Shown here piece by piece: positions 24,518 to 34,710 of a DNA stretch of 34,710 bases; position 1 is the stretch's first letter; every line of letters starts with the position of its first letter. The position numbers and the translations under genes are program-made. The stretch lies in NCBI GenBank assembly GCA_003693705.1, contig RBZT01000737.1, positions 1-34,710 on the forward strand. The letters are read 5' to 3'. The notes below the pieces were generated by a model. The model saw nothing but the letters and a program-made list of their open reading frames with translations. It had not been told where the DNA came from and did not search any database. This stretch comes from Polymyxa betae A26-41. Its lineage: Eukaryota; Protista; Endomyxa: Phytomyxea.

Positions 24518-25450
24518 ATGACCAAGGTGATCGCCATCAGCGAACAGTATGATATCGTGCTGTTGTTTCGCGGACGCCATTACGGCATCTCGAGCCGCGT
24601 AATGGGAACATGCCACGGATGGACGCAGCGACAACGCGATTCCACGACACGAGTGCTGCCCGCAACCATCTTGGTCAATCCGAGCCGAGTTGAATTTCGT
24701 CATGTTCAGCTCGCAGATATCTTCCTGCCGCGGATCATCGATCCCATTAAACCCTACACCACGATCGATGCCGCCTTCCAGCAGTTCTTGTATATCCTTC
24801 ATGAAATAGAAAGTTGCCGCGACGATGCCGAAATCCAAACGCTGCATCTGGCTCGGAGACCTGTTCCTGAATTGGCTCTAATCGCAGCATTATGTCATTC
24901 CACAGGTTACACGAAGCTTCGCAATCTGATCGACCGGGCCCTGTTAGGTCGGATTCCGATCGCCGATCTGGATCTGTATTATTTCACACGTGGCTATGGA
25001 ATGAATCTAATTGAACGACAAAGCCTGATCGCTATGGTTGAGCGGCTCGGCAGTCTCATCGAACATCCGATCTTTGGTGTTCAGTTTCCCGAAGTCCTCA
25101 AGATCGTACGCACCCAGAGCCCAAACTCGTTGACGGCCTTTTTACAAACGGTTCGAATTTTCGCGAGATTGCAGATGCCCGTAGAGGAAATCTTCAAAAG
25201 CAATTGCCCGATTGTTATACCGGAAGCAGGCCGAGTGAAGGCCATGACTGATCAAATCATGCAGATGGATATGACTCAGTGTTCCAAAGAAGCGTTGGGC
25301 GTCGTGGCTCGGATTCGGGTCTTGCAGCCAATAGCTGAATTCTTCATGAAAGTTTTGTTCAATTATCTGAAGGAACCATCCAAACCGCAACAATCGGGGA
25401 CGATGATCAGACGAGCAATATGCCGACCCAATCCATCTGCCAAGCGATAA
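24518..25450 (+). CDS. Intronless hypothetical protein (~310 aa), weak BTB/Skp1-like N-terminal pattern
   Basis: Long uninterrupted ORF, first in-frame ATG at 24518. DIVLLFRGRHYGIS and ELALIAALCHSTGYTKLRNL loosely resemble the first strand and last helices of a BTB domain. Confidence 0.65.
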   Translation: MTKVIAISEQYDIVLLFRGRHYGISSRVMGTCHGWTQRQRDSTTRVLPATILVNPSRVEFRHVQLADIFLPRIIDPIKPYTTIDAAFQQFLYILHEIESCRDDAEIQTLHLARRPVPELALIAALCHSTGYTKLRNLIDRALLGRIPIADLDLYYFTRGYGMNLIERQSLIAMVERLGSLIEHPIFGVQFPEVLKIVRTQSPNSLTAFLQTVRIFARLQMPVEEIFKSNCPIVIPEAGRVKAMTDQIMQMDMTQCSKEALGVVARIRVLQPIAEFFMKVLFNYLKEPSKPQQSGTMIRRAICRPNPSAKR

Positions 25451-27142
25451 TACATTGTTGGGCTGCGTTTCCTCAGGAGCTAACACGAATCCAGTTACGG
25501 GTTACATCACAGCTCTATTACCAATGTAGTTTTTTAAAGCTGTTTTGTAGAACTTTCTGGACGATTAGAACAGCTAAATTGTGGAATTTTTTTATTGGTG
25601 TTGCATTAAATCGAGCGAATCACAATAGCGGTAATCGGATCATGTTGATTAAGTACTTTCTACCAGATTAACCAATCTTATTGATTTTTGATTGTGGATC
25701 AAGTTCCAGGATCGAAATCATACAAACAAATATACTCTAAATGTGAGCAAAAATGAAACTTTACATAGGCAATCGCAAAGACGCCCTTGAGAAGCACAAG
25801 AACGGCCAGCTGATACCAACACACCCAGATATTGCAATATGGAGAGACGGCAGCATTCACCAGATGTCGCATAGATGGTGAGGCTCAGGCAGGCGACGCC
25901 GCAATCGTTCATACTCCCTCACAGCACTGAGATTAAAATAAGCAACGTCCAGTTACGAGTCTGAAATCATCGCCATACAGGCGGGATAGAGAGAAGACAC
26001 TCTTTAACACATTCACAGCGACGCATTCATATCTTTACAGACTCTCTATCATGTATACAGCAACTTCATACATCACTATACAAATTCAAAAAGCACAAAC
26101 TCTGTATAGTCCATGACGTAGCCGAGAAGGGCTGAGCTCCAGCGAGACAATACTGTAGAGTGGCGTTTTATCCCAGTCACACGAAGGAAATCTCGGAAAG
26201 TGACCAAATAGATGACCTTGTAAAAGGTCGCAGCAACCCGCGATGAAATCGATCATGACCCACTGATTTCATCCAATAAGTTGAACGATAAGAAAAGTGA
26301 GAAGAGAACGGTCTTCGGATTTATTCAAACAGCAATCAACAAAGCAGCTTTGCCAACAACACCGACTAAATCCTGTTACGAAGATGATATAACAATACAG
26401 CACCAAGATAAAGACATCAAGAAGCGAATCGACAGCTCACATCCATTAAAGAATCGAGTACGAACAGGTCACATATGGTTCCGAATCCATCTTAAGAACA
26501 TTGGGACAAATTGAGAAACGCCTAAAAGACTTTTGTAAAAAATACGCCCAGAAGGGAATCTCTGACTTTAACACAGCAATCTGCCTACAAGAGAGATTCA
26601 CGACCAACTTCTAATCGCAGCATATGAACACGATCGCTACAGATAACAATATGGTAGATGATAAGCTGGATCACCCGTGAGGCAATCTTTAGGGGGTTGG
26701 GGACATGGTTTCGAGTCCCTGTTGGATTGGGCGGGTGCCTATCCTACTTTCTTGATACTCCTCTAGGTCCTACAGAAATGGCCGAGCTGCTGTTTATTCT
26801 CTAAACGGGTGACATATTTCCAGCTCTGAAAACGTCCTGACGATTTGGTTAGCAACATGATGAGCCGGTTTATCTCACGCCTTGTGCTACCGCCCGTTGA
26901 CACCAACAAAACTCGTCGAATCGAATCGAATCCAATCCCGCCAATAGCTTACGACAGTTTTTTATAGATTCAAGACAAGAAGACATATAAAACTTATCAA
27001 AGGCAGAAGGACAAAGGGGGTCCCGCCCTTTGAATCCCTGAAACAGAAAAGCAAAGGAGGTTGCGCCTTCTTAGTAGGCAATGATGAGAAATCACTTCCT
27101 CCGTTTGGGGAGAGTCGTCGTCGTAATCAAAGACTCTGGTCG

Positions 27143-28420
27143 ATGCTAAAGCCATTCTGGTATGGCGTCGGGTTGGCGTCCATGGCCTCGGTCGTCGGTA
27201 ATTTGGGCATCGCCTTGCAGAAACTATCGCATGCTAGGAATCCTTCTCGAAGCTGTTACAAACGGCCGCTCTGGCTTTCAGGTCTGGGTCTGATTATCTT
27301 GGCCAGCCTGGCTGATTTTGTGGCTCTTGGCCTCGCTGCGCAAAGCGTTGTTGCCCCTCTGGGTTCTTTGACTTTGGTGAGTCTTACTGTATTATCGTTT
27401 CAGGATTTCAGACCAATTTATTTTTAGGTTGCCAATAGCATTTTCGCACCACTCCTTCTGGGCGAGACCTTTACGCGCTGGGATGCTTTTTCAACAATAC
27501 TAATTGTATTTGGGACTTCCACGACAATCTCTTTCGCATCGCAAGAAAATGTTTGCAGACGTTTGCTTTGAAATACCACAAAATAATACTATTTTTTAGG
27601 CAGATTTCACAATTCAAGAATTGAATGGAATGTTTTTCGATTTCAGATTTCTGCTCTTACTTATGTCGCTATTGGCATTTGGGCTTGTAATGCTGAGCTT
27701 CATTTCTGTCATTGAGGCGACTGACTCGAATCCGTTTGAAAGAAGCTCCTCTGTTATCAAGACTCATGCGTTGCTATATGCTGCTCTAGCTGGAACAATC
27801 GGCTCTCAGAATGGCAAGTACAGGATGTATTTCATCATGCGCCAACATTGACGTCTGTTTAGTCATGTTCGCTAAATCCATTGCCGTTCTTACCAGAAAT
27901 TGGTATCATCTTTTCGGATCCTCCTTAAAATTGTATACCAATTTGTATCTAGGTTGTTTAAAGGCCTTTCACCATTCGATTACTGGGAAGTATACGTGCT
28001 GATAGGTTGCTTATCCGCAACTAGTATTCTACAAATGTAAGTTTATACATCCGCCCGATCCCTGCATATTCTCGTGTTTACTATTACTCAGAAGATGGAT
28101 CAATAAAGCTTTAAAGCTGTATGATGCGATCTTTGTCGTACCAGTTTTTGAGGTGGCTATGATATTATGCCATCGTCAATGGCCAACTCTGATTCTCATC
28201 ATAGGTGTTCTGGGTCGTCATATCGGTTATCTCTGGATTGGTATTTTTCCAAGAATACCGGGAATTCGACATTTTTCGTGGTTCGATGTTCCTGATTGGT
28301 CTAATTCTTACGATAATCGGGATCGGGTTGATGACCAGACACAAGATTGATATGGATGAGTTTGAAACCCAATTACTACAACAATTAGATAGACGTCGCG
28401 AGACGGAAGCTTTAATATAA
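27143..28420 (+). CDS. NIPA-family (DMT superfamily) magnesium transporter, multi-exon
   Basis: GNLGIALQK, PLWLSGLGL, DFVALGLAAQSVVAPLGSLTL|VANSIFAPLLLGE, FAKS, WINKALKLYDAIFVVPVFE|VFW, GLVFFQEY. Confidence 0.92.
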
Positions 28421-28506
28421 CATTGTCTCATTTTACATTCGATATTCATCATGTTTCTCTTTAGAGAACGAGATTGCTGTTTCTTATCACTCGCTGTTCC
28501 TGCTAT

Positions 28507-29660
28507 TTATTGTGAGATGCAGCCTGGCAGGCCGCTCTGTGGCGGTTCTTCATTGTCACCTTTGGTGACGTACAGACTCGATCGCCGTCTTGCCTCCAGG
28601 AACGAGAATTCGTCTGCGAAAGAAACTGGTCTAAAGGCAGCATCAACGAATGCGGTTGCTCCTGTAACCGAATCCAGTTTCTCCCAGACGATATCTTTCA
28701 TGTCCATGAAGCTTTCATCCGTCACTAATAAAAATATCGCATCATCTCTACAACCACATAACAACACTCTTAGAAACAAACAATGATCCCGTTCGAAACT
28801 TTCATCAGTATGAATACCAAAATTATCACAAATTATACGAAAAAGCGATAAAAACAAGGGCGAAATCTATTGAATGAAGTCACTTCGATTCGAAACTCGG
28901 CAAGTATAATAGCTAACGCTGTCGTAAATAATCATCAGAAACAGTGACAAAATGTAAACCATCAACCATCAAGAACAATTCGAATCTTTTTCAGAGCTCG
29001 AATATCAGAAAATGCAATTGATTACCTTCTTATCAGCGTACTGAAATGGTTATTTCGAAAGAGGATGCAGGGCTCATCAACCTGGACAGAATGTAAGGCG
29101 TCCAGCCCAGTCGGCGTCAGTTGCGACAGCGTCTCCTGCAGGTAGTCGCGAATCAGATCGTCTTTGAAGTTCTCGTCCACCAGCGATCGTTTGGGGGTTC
29201 GGACGGCTTTAACCACGAGCTCGTTATAATACAAATGAGCAACGGCATCATAGACCGGCGCGTCGGCTGGGTCTGCCAGCCAGCCGTGGACCAGTACGAT
29301 ACCGAGCCGATCAAAGACGTTCATCTCGGCGGTCTTCTCAAACGAGACGATCGAGTCGAAGCGAACGTTGACGTCGAGGCCACGAACCAGTGTTGGAAGC
29401 TGTTTCAGAATGATGTCGGTGACAGCATCGTCATCAGCATCATTTGATGTCGTCATGATGATTTCGCCAACCAGATTACATAATTGATGGGCGGTGATCG
29501 CATTGATTGATGAGAGATCGGCTTGTCCGCGAAGCGAAAGGAGGTTGGCGATGGCGATCAGCGGACAAGGCCCGTTTTGCGATTGCATGACGACGCCTCG
29601 CTCGCTGTGGTTGTACGTGATTCGGCGGACGCGGAACGGCGCCAAGACGTCGTTGGCCAT
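28507..29660 (-). CDS. MINDY-1/2 (FAM63) family deubiquitinase, 2 exons
   Basis: QSQNGPCPLIAIAN (catalytic Cys), GLDVNVRF, LVHGWLADP, QLTPTGL, FRNNHFSTL (catalytic His), LLVTD, IVWEKL. Ends GCISQ-stop. Confidence 0.93.
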
Positions 29661-29782
29661 GCTCAGAGCTAGATTGATTCTAGCTTTGGCAGGACCGACT
29701 TCCGGTTCCTCTGATTCTGGCTAATTCTAGAAATATTAGCGGTACCATAACATGATCCTGGATGAGACCAACTCCTCAAATC

Positions 29783-30848
29783 CAGAAGTCCAGCCGCCGG
29801 CGGCTGGGAGGCCACGCAGGCTCCGGCCGATCCTTCATAGTCTGTGACTGATTGAGGGGAGGCTGGAGCAGCCTTCTAGCCTGCCACAATAAGAGCTTAT
29901 ATCGGCAACGTTTCTGTAATAGATATTTTCAAGCTTTATTTTTAGACGGCAGAGTGATTCTAAGATGTTTTATTAATTCGATTGCCGTCCATGATGCAAC
30001 CCGGTCTCTGTCTGACTATAATCACGACAACTTGTCGTTGATTGACGAGGACGACCACTTTGAAAATAATGATATGAAAGCTTTGCCTGGGTCTTGTGAA
30101 TCAGTACGAAACAATTCACCACCATGCTCCGGATCAGATGAGTGAGATGACGAAATCACTGAGGCCATCAAATCCCATGAACTTTCCACGTTCGATTCAG
30201 GTGAAGTTCTGCCCTTTGACAAATCTCATCCTACCTTCGAAATAAAGATGCTCGAAGTGGTTAAACGGACATGCTCTGACCAAAGTGTTGGGTTGCCAGA
30301 AACACCAAGAATTTTTCACAAGTATAGTTCAGTAATCGATTACAATTCGATGATCAGAAGAGGCTATTTCTATTGTACGTTCGGATTGCCGTAGAAATCC
30401 TAAATCCTCTAGATCCGCGATGCTGTGGTCATCGATGGCATTAAATGGATGCAATCCATACAGAATGACATGTATTGCCAATACCCTTATCAATTCGTTA
30501 GGCCTATCTGTTATCGGCAGTTACTCGCACGCTCGATCGAAGGAATCTAATACTATCATCACAGCAATGAGATCTTTGACACATAAGATCTCAGCTCTTA
30601 GAGAATGCAAGACTTTCCGTTTTCATGGTCTCGTTTCTACAAAAAATCACCGCTCTGGAGCAAAGTGTCCATTTTATAGATCATGAATACAGATTTAAAA
30701 TTGGTGGGCAGGCGAAAGGCGAGGGCAAGAAATATGAGGTTGGGAGGGTAGGAGGCTGCTCCAGCCTCCCTCAATCAGTAACAGACTATGAAGGATCGGC
30801 CGGAGGCTGCGTGGCCTCCCAGCCGCCGGCGGCTGGAACGACTTCCTG
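29783..30848. mobile_element. ~1.07 kb segment bounded by ~105 bp GC-rich inverted repeats; probable non-autonomous DNA transposon
   Basis: 29783-29886 is the near-perfect reverse complement of 30741-30848. Both arms contain the palindrome CCAGCCGCCGGCGGCTGG. The interior is a stop-riddled frame. No target-site duplication found. Confidence 0.7.
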
Positions 30849-31039
30849 AATGTAAGGGGAAATCGATTCAGTTTCTTCTGGAAAAAGTCAACCAATCATT
30901 AAGTTGAAGTCAGAAGCAGAGAGGCATTTCTTGTGGGAATTAATAATATTTATTTTAATGACCCAGTTCAGTTGGGGGTTAAACCTGGTTCGGTTTCCGG
31001 AGGTTGTGTCATGTTTGGATGTCCAAACTAGCAACGCAC

Positions 31040-31440
31040 TCGCTCGAGGAATCATCCCGATGTACAGTCAAAAATATGCTGTTGAAATCCCCAAGCAACG
31101 AATGTCCAACCTTTGAAAAAGTCTGCAAAACCATCAATTTTGTGATGAGAAAGGCAAATGGAACAATATACGATGCGCCGTCTGTATGCAAAATCATCAG
31201 AACTCAAACTGTACCGAAGACAAGAAAAGGCACACTCACTGTGCGACCTGTGGCAGCCTAGGACATTACTACACCAAATGCTCATTGATAAAATACGAAT
31301 AAACTTCAATTACTTACAAGAAACTCGATATACTCCCGAGTGGGCTCGACTGCAGCGCGGCCTTCCAGCAGTCGACTACCAAAACGAGGTAGCGCTGAGT
31401 GAATCAAGAGAGGCAGGAAGACAGGCCAATCTCACATCCT
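31040..31440 (+). mobile_element. Second LINE gag/ORF1 fragment with zinc knuckles
   Basis: 31174-31281 translates CAVCMQNHQNSNC-TEDKKRHTH-CATCGSLGHYYTKC (CX2CX3HX4C plus CX2CX4HX4C), with the same NIRC lead-in as the element near 3.1 kb. Boundaries are approximate. Confidence 0.75.
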
Positions 31441-32021
31441 AAGAATCTCTTGTAATGGCATCAAATCAAACAATTGAAAACCTGTTGCAGGTACCACCCG
31501 AAATCAGAATTTTAACAGTTTTTTTCATATCGTGACTATTACAAACATGTCCTGCCAATATTGGATGAAGAGGGGAGATAAGGGTGCATGGGTTGGAGTC
31601 CATATTGGCTCAAGCAGGTGCCTATCATACTTCAATGAGACATCTTTAGGTCCGGACATAGAAGGCCGGACATTGCATAATCAAATACACAACGGATGGA
31701 ATAAATTCTGCTCCGAAACTGAATAGAAGAAGCTCCTACCATATGTGCCCTTTAAGCCATGTGATTAGGAGATATCACTGCTTTTAAAAAGTAGTCATTT
31801 ATTTAAAAAACGCAATCTGGCCTCTTCAGATCGGATTTTCATTCAAATATTATTCAGCAAAAACTGCGCCCAGAATTGTGTTTTGCCAAGGTTACGCCAA
31901 ACTTTCGCAACGCCGAAGTTCGACGATCAGACTCTCTGTTGCCTGTTTAATGGTTGGCCCAACGATTCCCTTCCTGATACTGAGCCTATCTGAGTGCTTT
32001 GCGGCATTCAGTCTTGAGCAG

Positions 32022-33856
32022 GAGTGAGTTCTCTGTATCAGAATGAAGTCACATCTTCTTTACCTGCAATTGGAGTGTTATCAACACCAACATCTTCACA
32101 GCATCATACAGATAATGGTTCAGAGTTACCTCCTATTCAGGGAACTATCAATGTAATGCTCATTTATGAAATCTCATGTTTTCGAGATCGCTGAGATTTC
32201 CATTATTAGAATGATGAACCAGTTGAAACAATTTCCCGGAAACGTCCTCGTGCTGACGAGACTTCATCGCTGACCGACCTTCCATGTTCCTTCAATCATG
32301 ATGTGACTGATATCAATGATTATTTCAGTCTCTGCAAGTTTCTGGTGATTATTAATGAGCGTAATGTCCCCCTTTATAGTGACTGTAGAATAGATGAAAG
32401 AACCCAATGAGGAAGAACTTCAATCTCTGTTTTCAAAGTCCGATGGTGATGCTGTTCAATCTTCCAAAATCAACTGTCAATTTGTTATCAATGTGAAAGA
32501 ACATGATCTGGATATGAGTGAAATCAAACGAATCCGTTCTGCTCAGAGCACATTACAAAAACTGATTCTGATTGCGAATCTGTATCGGAAATTGATCTGG
32601 GCCTCTCGGAAATATGAATGGATTTGGAGCAAGGTTGATCGGAAGATACGGAATTGGATGTATTATGTGTGTCGTCCTGTACTACGATGTCTCATACAAT
32701 GCTGTGAGAAAGATCTCCGCATATTTCAGACAGTCTGGGGGAATTGCTTCAGTCATTGGGATCTCCATAGAGAATGTTCCGCAAATGAATTCCGATCTAA
32801 AGTATCAGCTGCCCATCAATCTCAGGTCCGAGATAGTTCGTTCATCTCTAACGACCCTCTTCATGACAATTCGTGCTTAAAACGGAACCAATTTAGTTCA
32901 AAAACCAAGAATCTCATTCTGCCCCTGTTTAGCGCTGTCCCTGAATTTCTGAACTATTTTGATTTTGATGTCGAAAAGATCACAGATTACACTACTCTGT
33001 GTGCTTTTCTGGTGAGATTTATTCATATTAAATGGGGAATCTCACACTGAATCTGCTGCTCAGAAAAAGCAGCCTGACGATGACGAGTTCGCTTTTCTTA
33101 CTGATACGAACATCTTGTTCCCATCAATGGGCAACAAATACCGTACAAAAGCCCCCCTTATTATCAATGTTCTCGATGATCAGCTCATAGTGACCGAAAT
33201 CTCGGAAATCTCAACTTCAAAGACCACGTTACACAAGTTGATATTGGTGGCCAGTTTATGCCAAAAATTATTGCGGGCCAAGATTACCGACCCGAAATTG
33301 AGCATGAAACCTGAAGGCTGTGTGAACTGGCTACAGCGAACATGTTACTCTGTACTTTCATGTGTTCGAATATGCTGTCAGAATGATCTTCGGACTTTTC
33401 AATCTCGATGGGGAAATCCGTTTTCGCATTCTGTGTTTCAGACGCTTTGCTCGAGTCACAAAGGCAAGAGTAAACAGTGCGGATTTAAGACTTTCGTTGT
33501 CAGTGACAATAAGAAATATTCCATCGAATCACAACTAGTTCGTGATAGAGGCGGACATGCTCATTGTCTATTGAAATATTCTATGAAAGGAATTGAGACG
33601 GTATTACTGTGTTCAAGTTTTGTGGTGTTTTCTGAATATATCACAGAAGATCATGTTGGAGTGTATTCAACGAATGAATAATTACATGAAGAAGTGGAAT
33701 TTGGATCCGTCATCTGATCTGAGTGAATATCTCCGAGATTCTCTTCATCCAATATTATACTGTCTTGAACATCATTGCAATAATGATGTCAATTATTTCT
33801 CTCATATATTTGGACATTATATAGATCATTACAAGGAGACCAGATTGTCATTTTAA
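32022..33856 (+). CDS. Multi-exon hypothetical protein built from tandem Cys-rich repeats; start unresolved (upstream of 32022)
   Basis: Open frames join through GT-AG introns (~32153-32208, 32345-32393, 33012-33063, 33601-33646). The repeat core occurs three times. Basic RKRPR near the N-terminus. Confidence 0.7.
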
Positions 33857-33868
33857 GAACTCAAAACC

Positions 33869-33989
33869 AAAAATGACACGTTATAGGGTCTTATAACGTG
33901 TCATTTTTAGAATTTATTTTCAAAAATGACACATTAAAAGGTCTTTTAATAATATTAATTTTAATAGTATTAAAAGACCTTTTAATGTG
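33869..33989. repeat. Two adjacent long hairpins at the start of an AT-rich segment
   Basis: 17-bp perfect stem 33869-33885/33892-33908 and 22-bp perfect stem 33930-33951/33968-33989. Confidence 0.95.
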
Positions 33990-34054
33990 ACCGTTTTTGG
34001 CATAAGTGGAACGATTTGGGATAGTAAAATAGGAATAATAATGGGCATTTCTTT

Positions 34055-34208
34055 NNNNNNNNNNNNNNNNNNNNNNNNNNNNNNNNNNNNNNNNNNNNNN
34101 NNNNNNNNNNNNNNNNNNNNNNNNNNNNNNNNNNNNNNNNNNNNNNNNNNNNNNNNNNNNNNNNNNNNNNNNNNNNNNNNNNNNNNNNNNNNNNNNNNNN
34201 NNNNNNNN
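34055..34208. other. Assembly gap
   Basis: Run of N. Confidence 1.
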
Positions 34209-34210
34209 TT

Positions 34211-34708
34211 ACATCGGCACTCCATGAATTAAGATTAGACAATAATGATATAGATATTATCAATATCAATTCTGATATTAATGATTTACAATCATTTTGT
34301 TATGGAACAACTATGAGTTATTCAACAACTCAGGTTATATTTGAAGAAACCGCAGTTGATACTTTACAAGATGTTATACAATATATTCAATATGGTATTG
34401 ATGGAGTTAATACTATCCAATGGAGTTATCAAGCATATCAAGCAGTTCAAAATGGCACATTCTCAACATTTATAGCTCAACAAGCAGGATATAATACACT
34501 TAATGATGCTGAAAATGTAGTTCAAAATACAAATATAGCAACTAATTCAACTGCCATTGTTGCAAACGTTATTTCAATAGCAACATTAACAGCTGGTCAA
34601 ACTTTATTATCTATAAGTTCGGCAGTATTAGATGAAAAAATGGCAATTCATGATAATCAAATAAATAATATTGGTATTTCTGTAAATACAAATTTAGATA
34701 ATAAATTA
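34211..34708 (+). CDS. Partial AT-rich ORF, open at both ends, Asn/Ile/Thr/Gln-rich, possibly a viral structural protein
   Basis: Stop-free frame TSALHELRLDNNDIDIININSDINDLQ...QINNIGISVNTNLDNKL in very AT-rich DNA. Absent from the ORF track because it has no stop inside the window. Confidence 0.65.
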
Positions 34709-34710
34709 AA

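Noticed and set aside
26185-26490. Possible RNase P/MRP CR-I and CR-V motifs
   Set aside because: P4 pairing is unconvincing and the other conserved regions were not found.
26700-26722. GGTTTCGAGTCCC resembling a tRNA T-arm / B-box
   Set aside because: Extra base, and no acceptor, D or anticodon stems can be formed.
31950-32026. Apparent signal peptide MVGPTIPFLILSLSECFA for the repeat protein
   Set aside because: It ends in TGA, and its phase-2 donor fits no nearby acceptor in the downstream frame. 31953-32021 fits better as an intron, so secretion is not claimed.
1-34710. CRISPR arrays, rRNA, operon-like prokaryotic systems
   Set aside because: No regularly spaced repeats or rRNA signatures; the window is spliceosomal-intron-containing eukaryotic DNA.

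Overview
Gene-dense eukaryotic (protist) DNA with mostly ~45-85 nt introns and scattered TTT(T)AGGG-like motifs. An intronless, signal-peptide-bearing ankyrin gene points to a plasmodiophorid-like parasite; this is inference and cannot be proven here. Left arm: a tandem pair of secreted-type ankyrin genes, one intact and ending in a CaaX prenylation box (CVIS) and one pseudogene, separated by a decayed non-LTR retrotransposon with a telomere-like tail. Core: housekeeping genes (organellar family-A DNA polymerase POP, FPGS, triple-CCCH TIS11-like protein, PPIL3-like cyclophilin, p24, NIPA-type transporter, MINDY deubiquitinase) plus several hypotheticals. Right arm: a ~1.07 kb element with ~105 bp inverted repeats, a second LINE gag fragment, and a gene built from an unrecognised Cys-rich repeat. 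The window then switches abruptly to AT-rich DNA, which starts with nested hairpins and, after an assembly gap, carries a virus-like open reading frame. Exon boundaries were read by eye.
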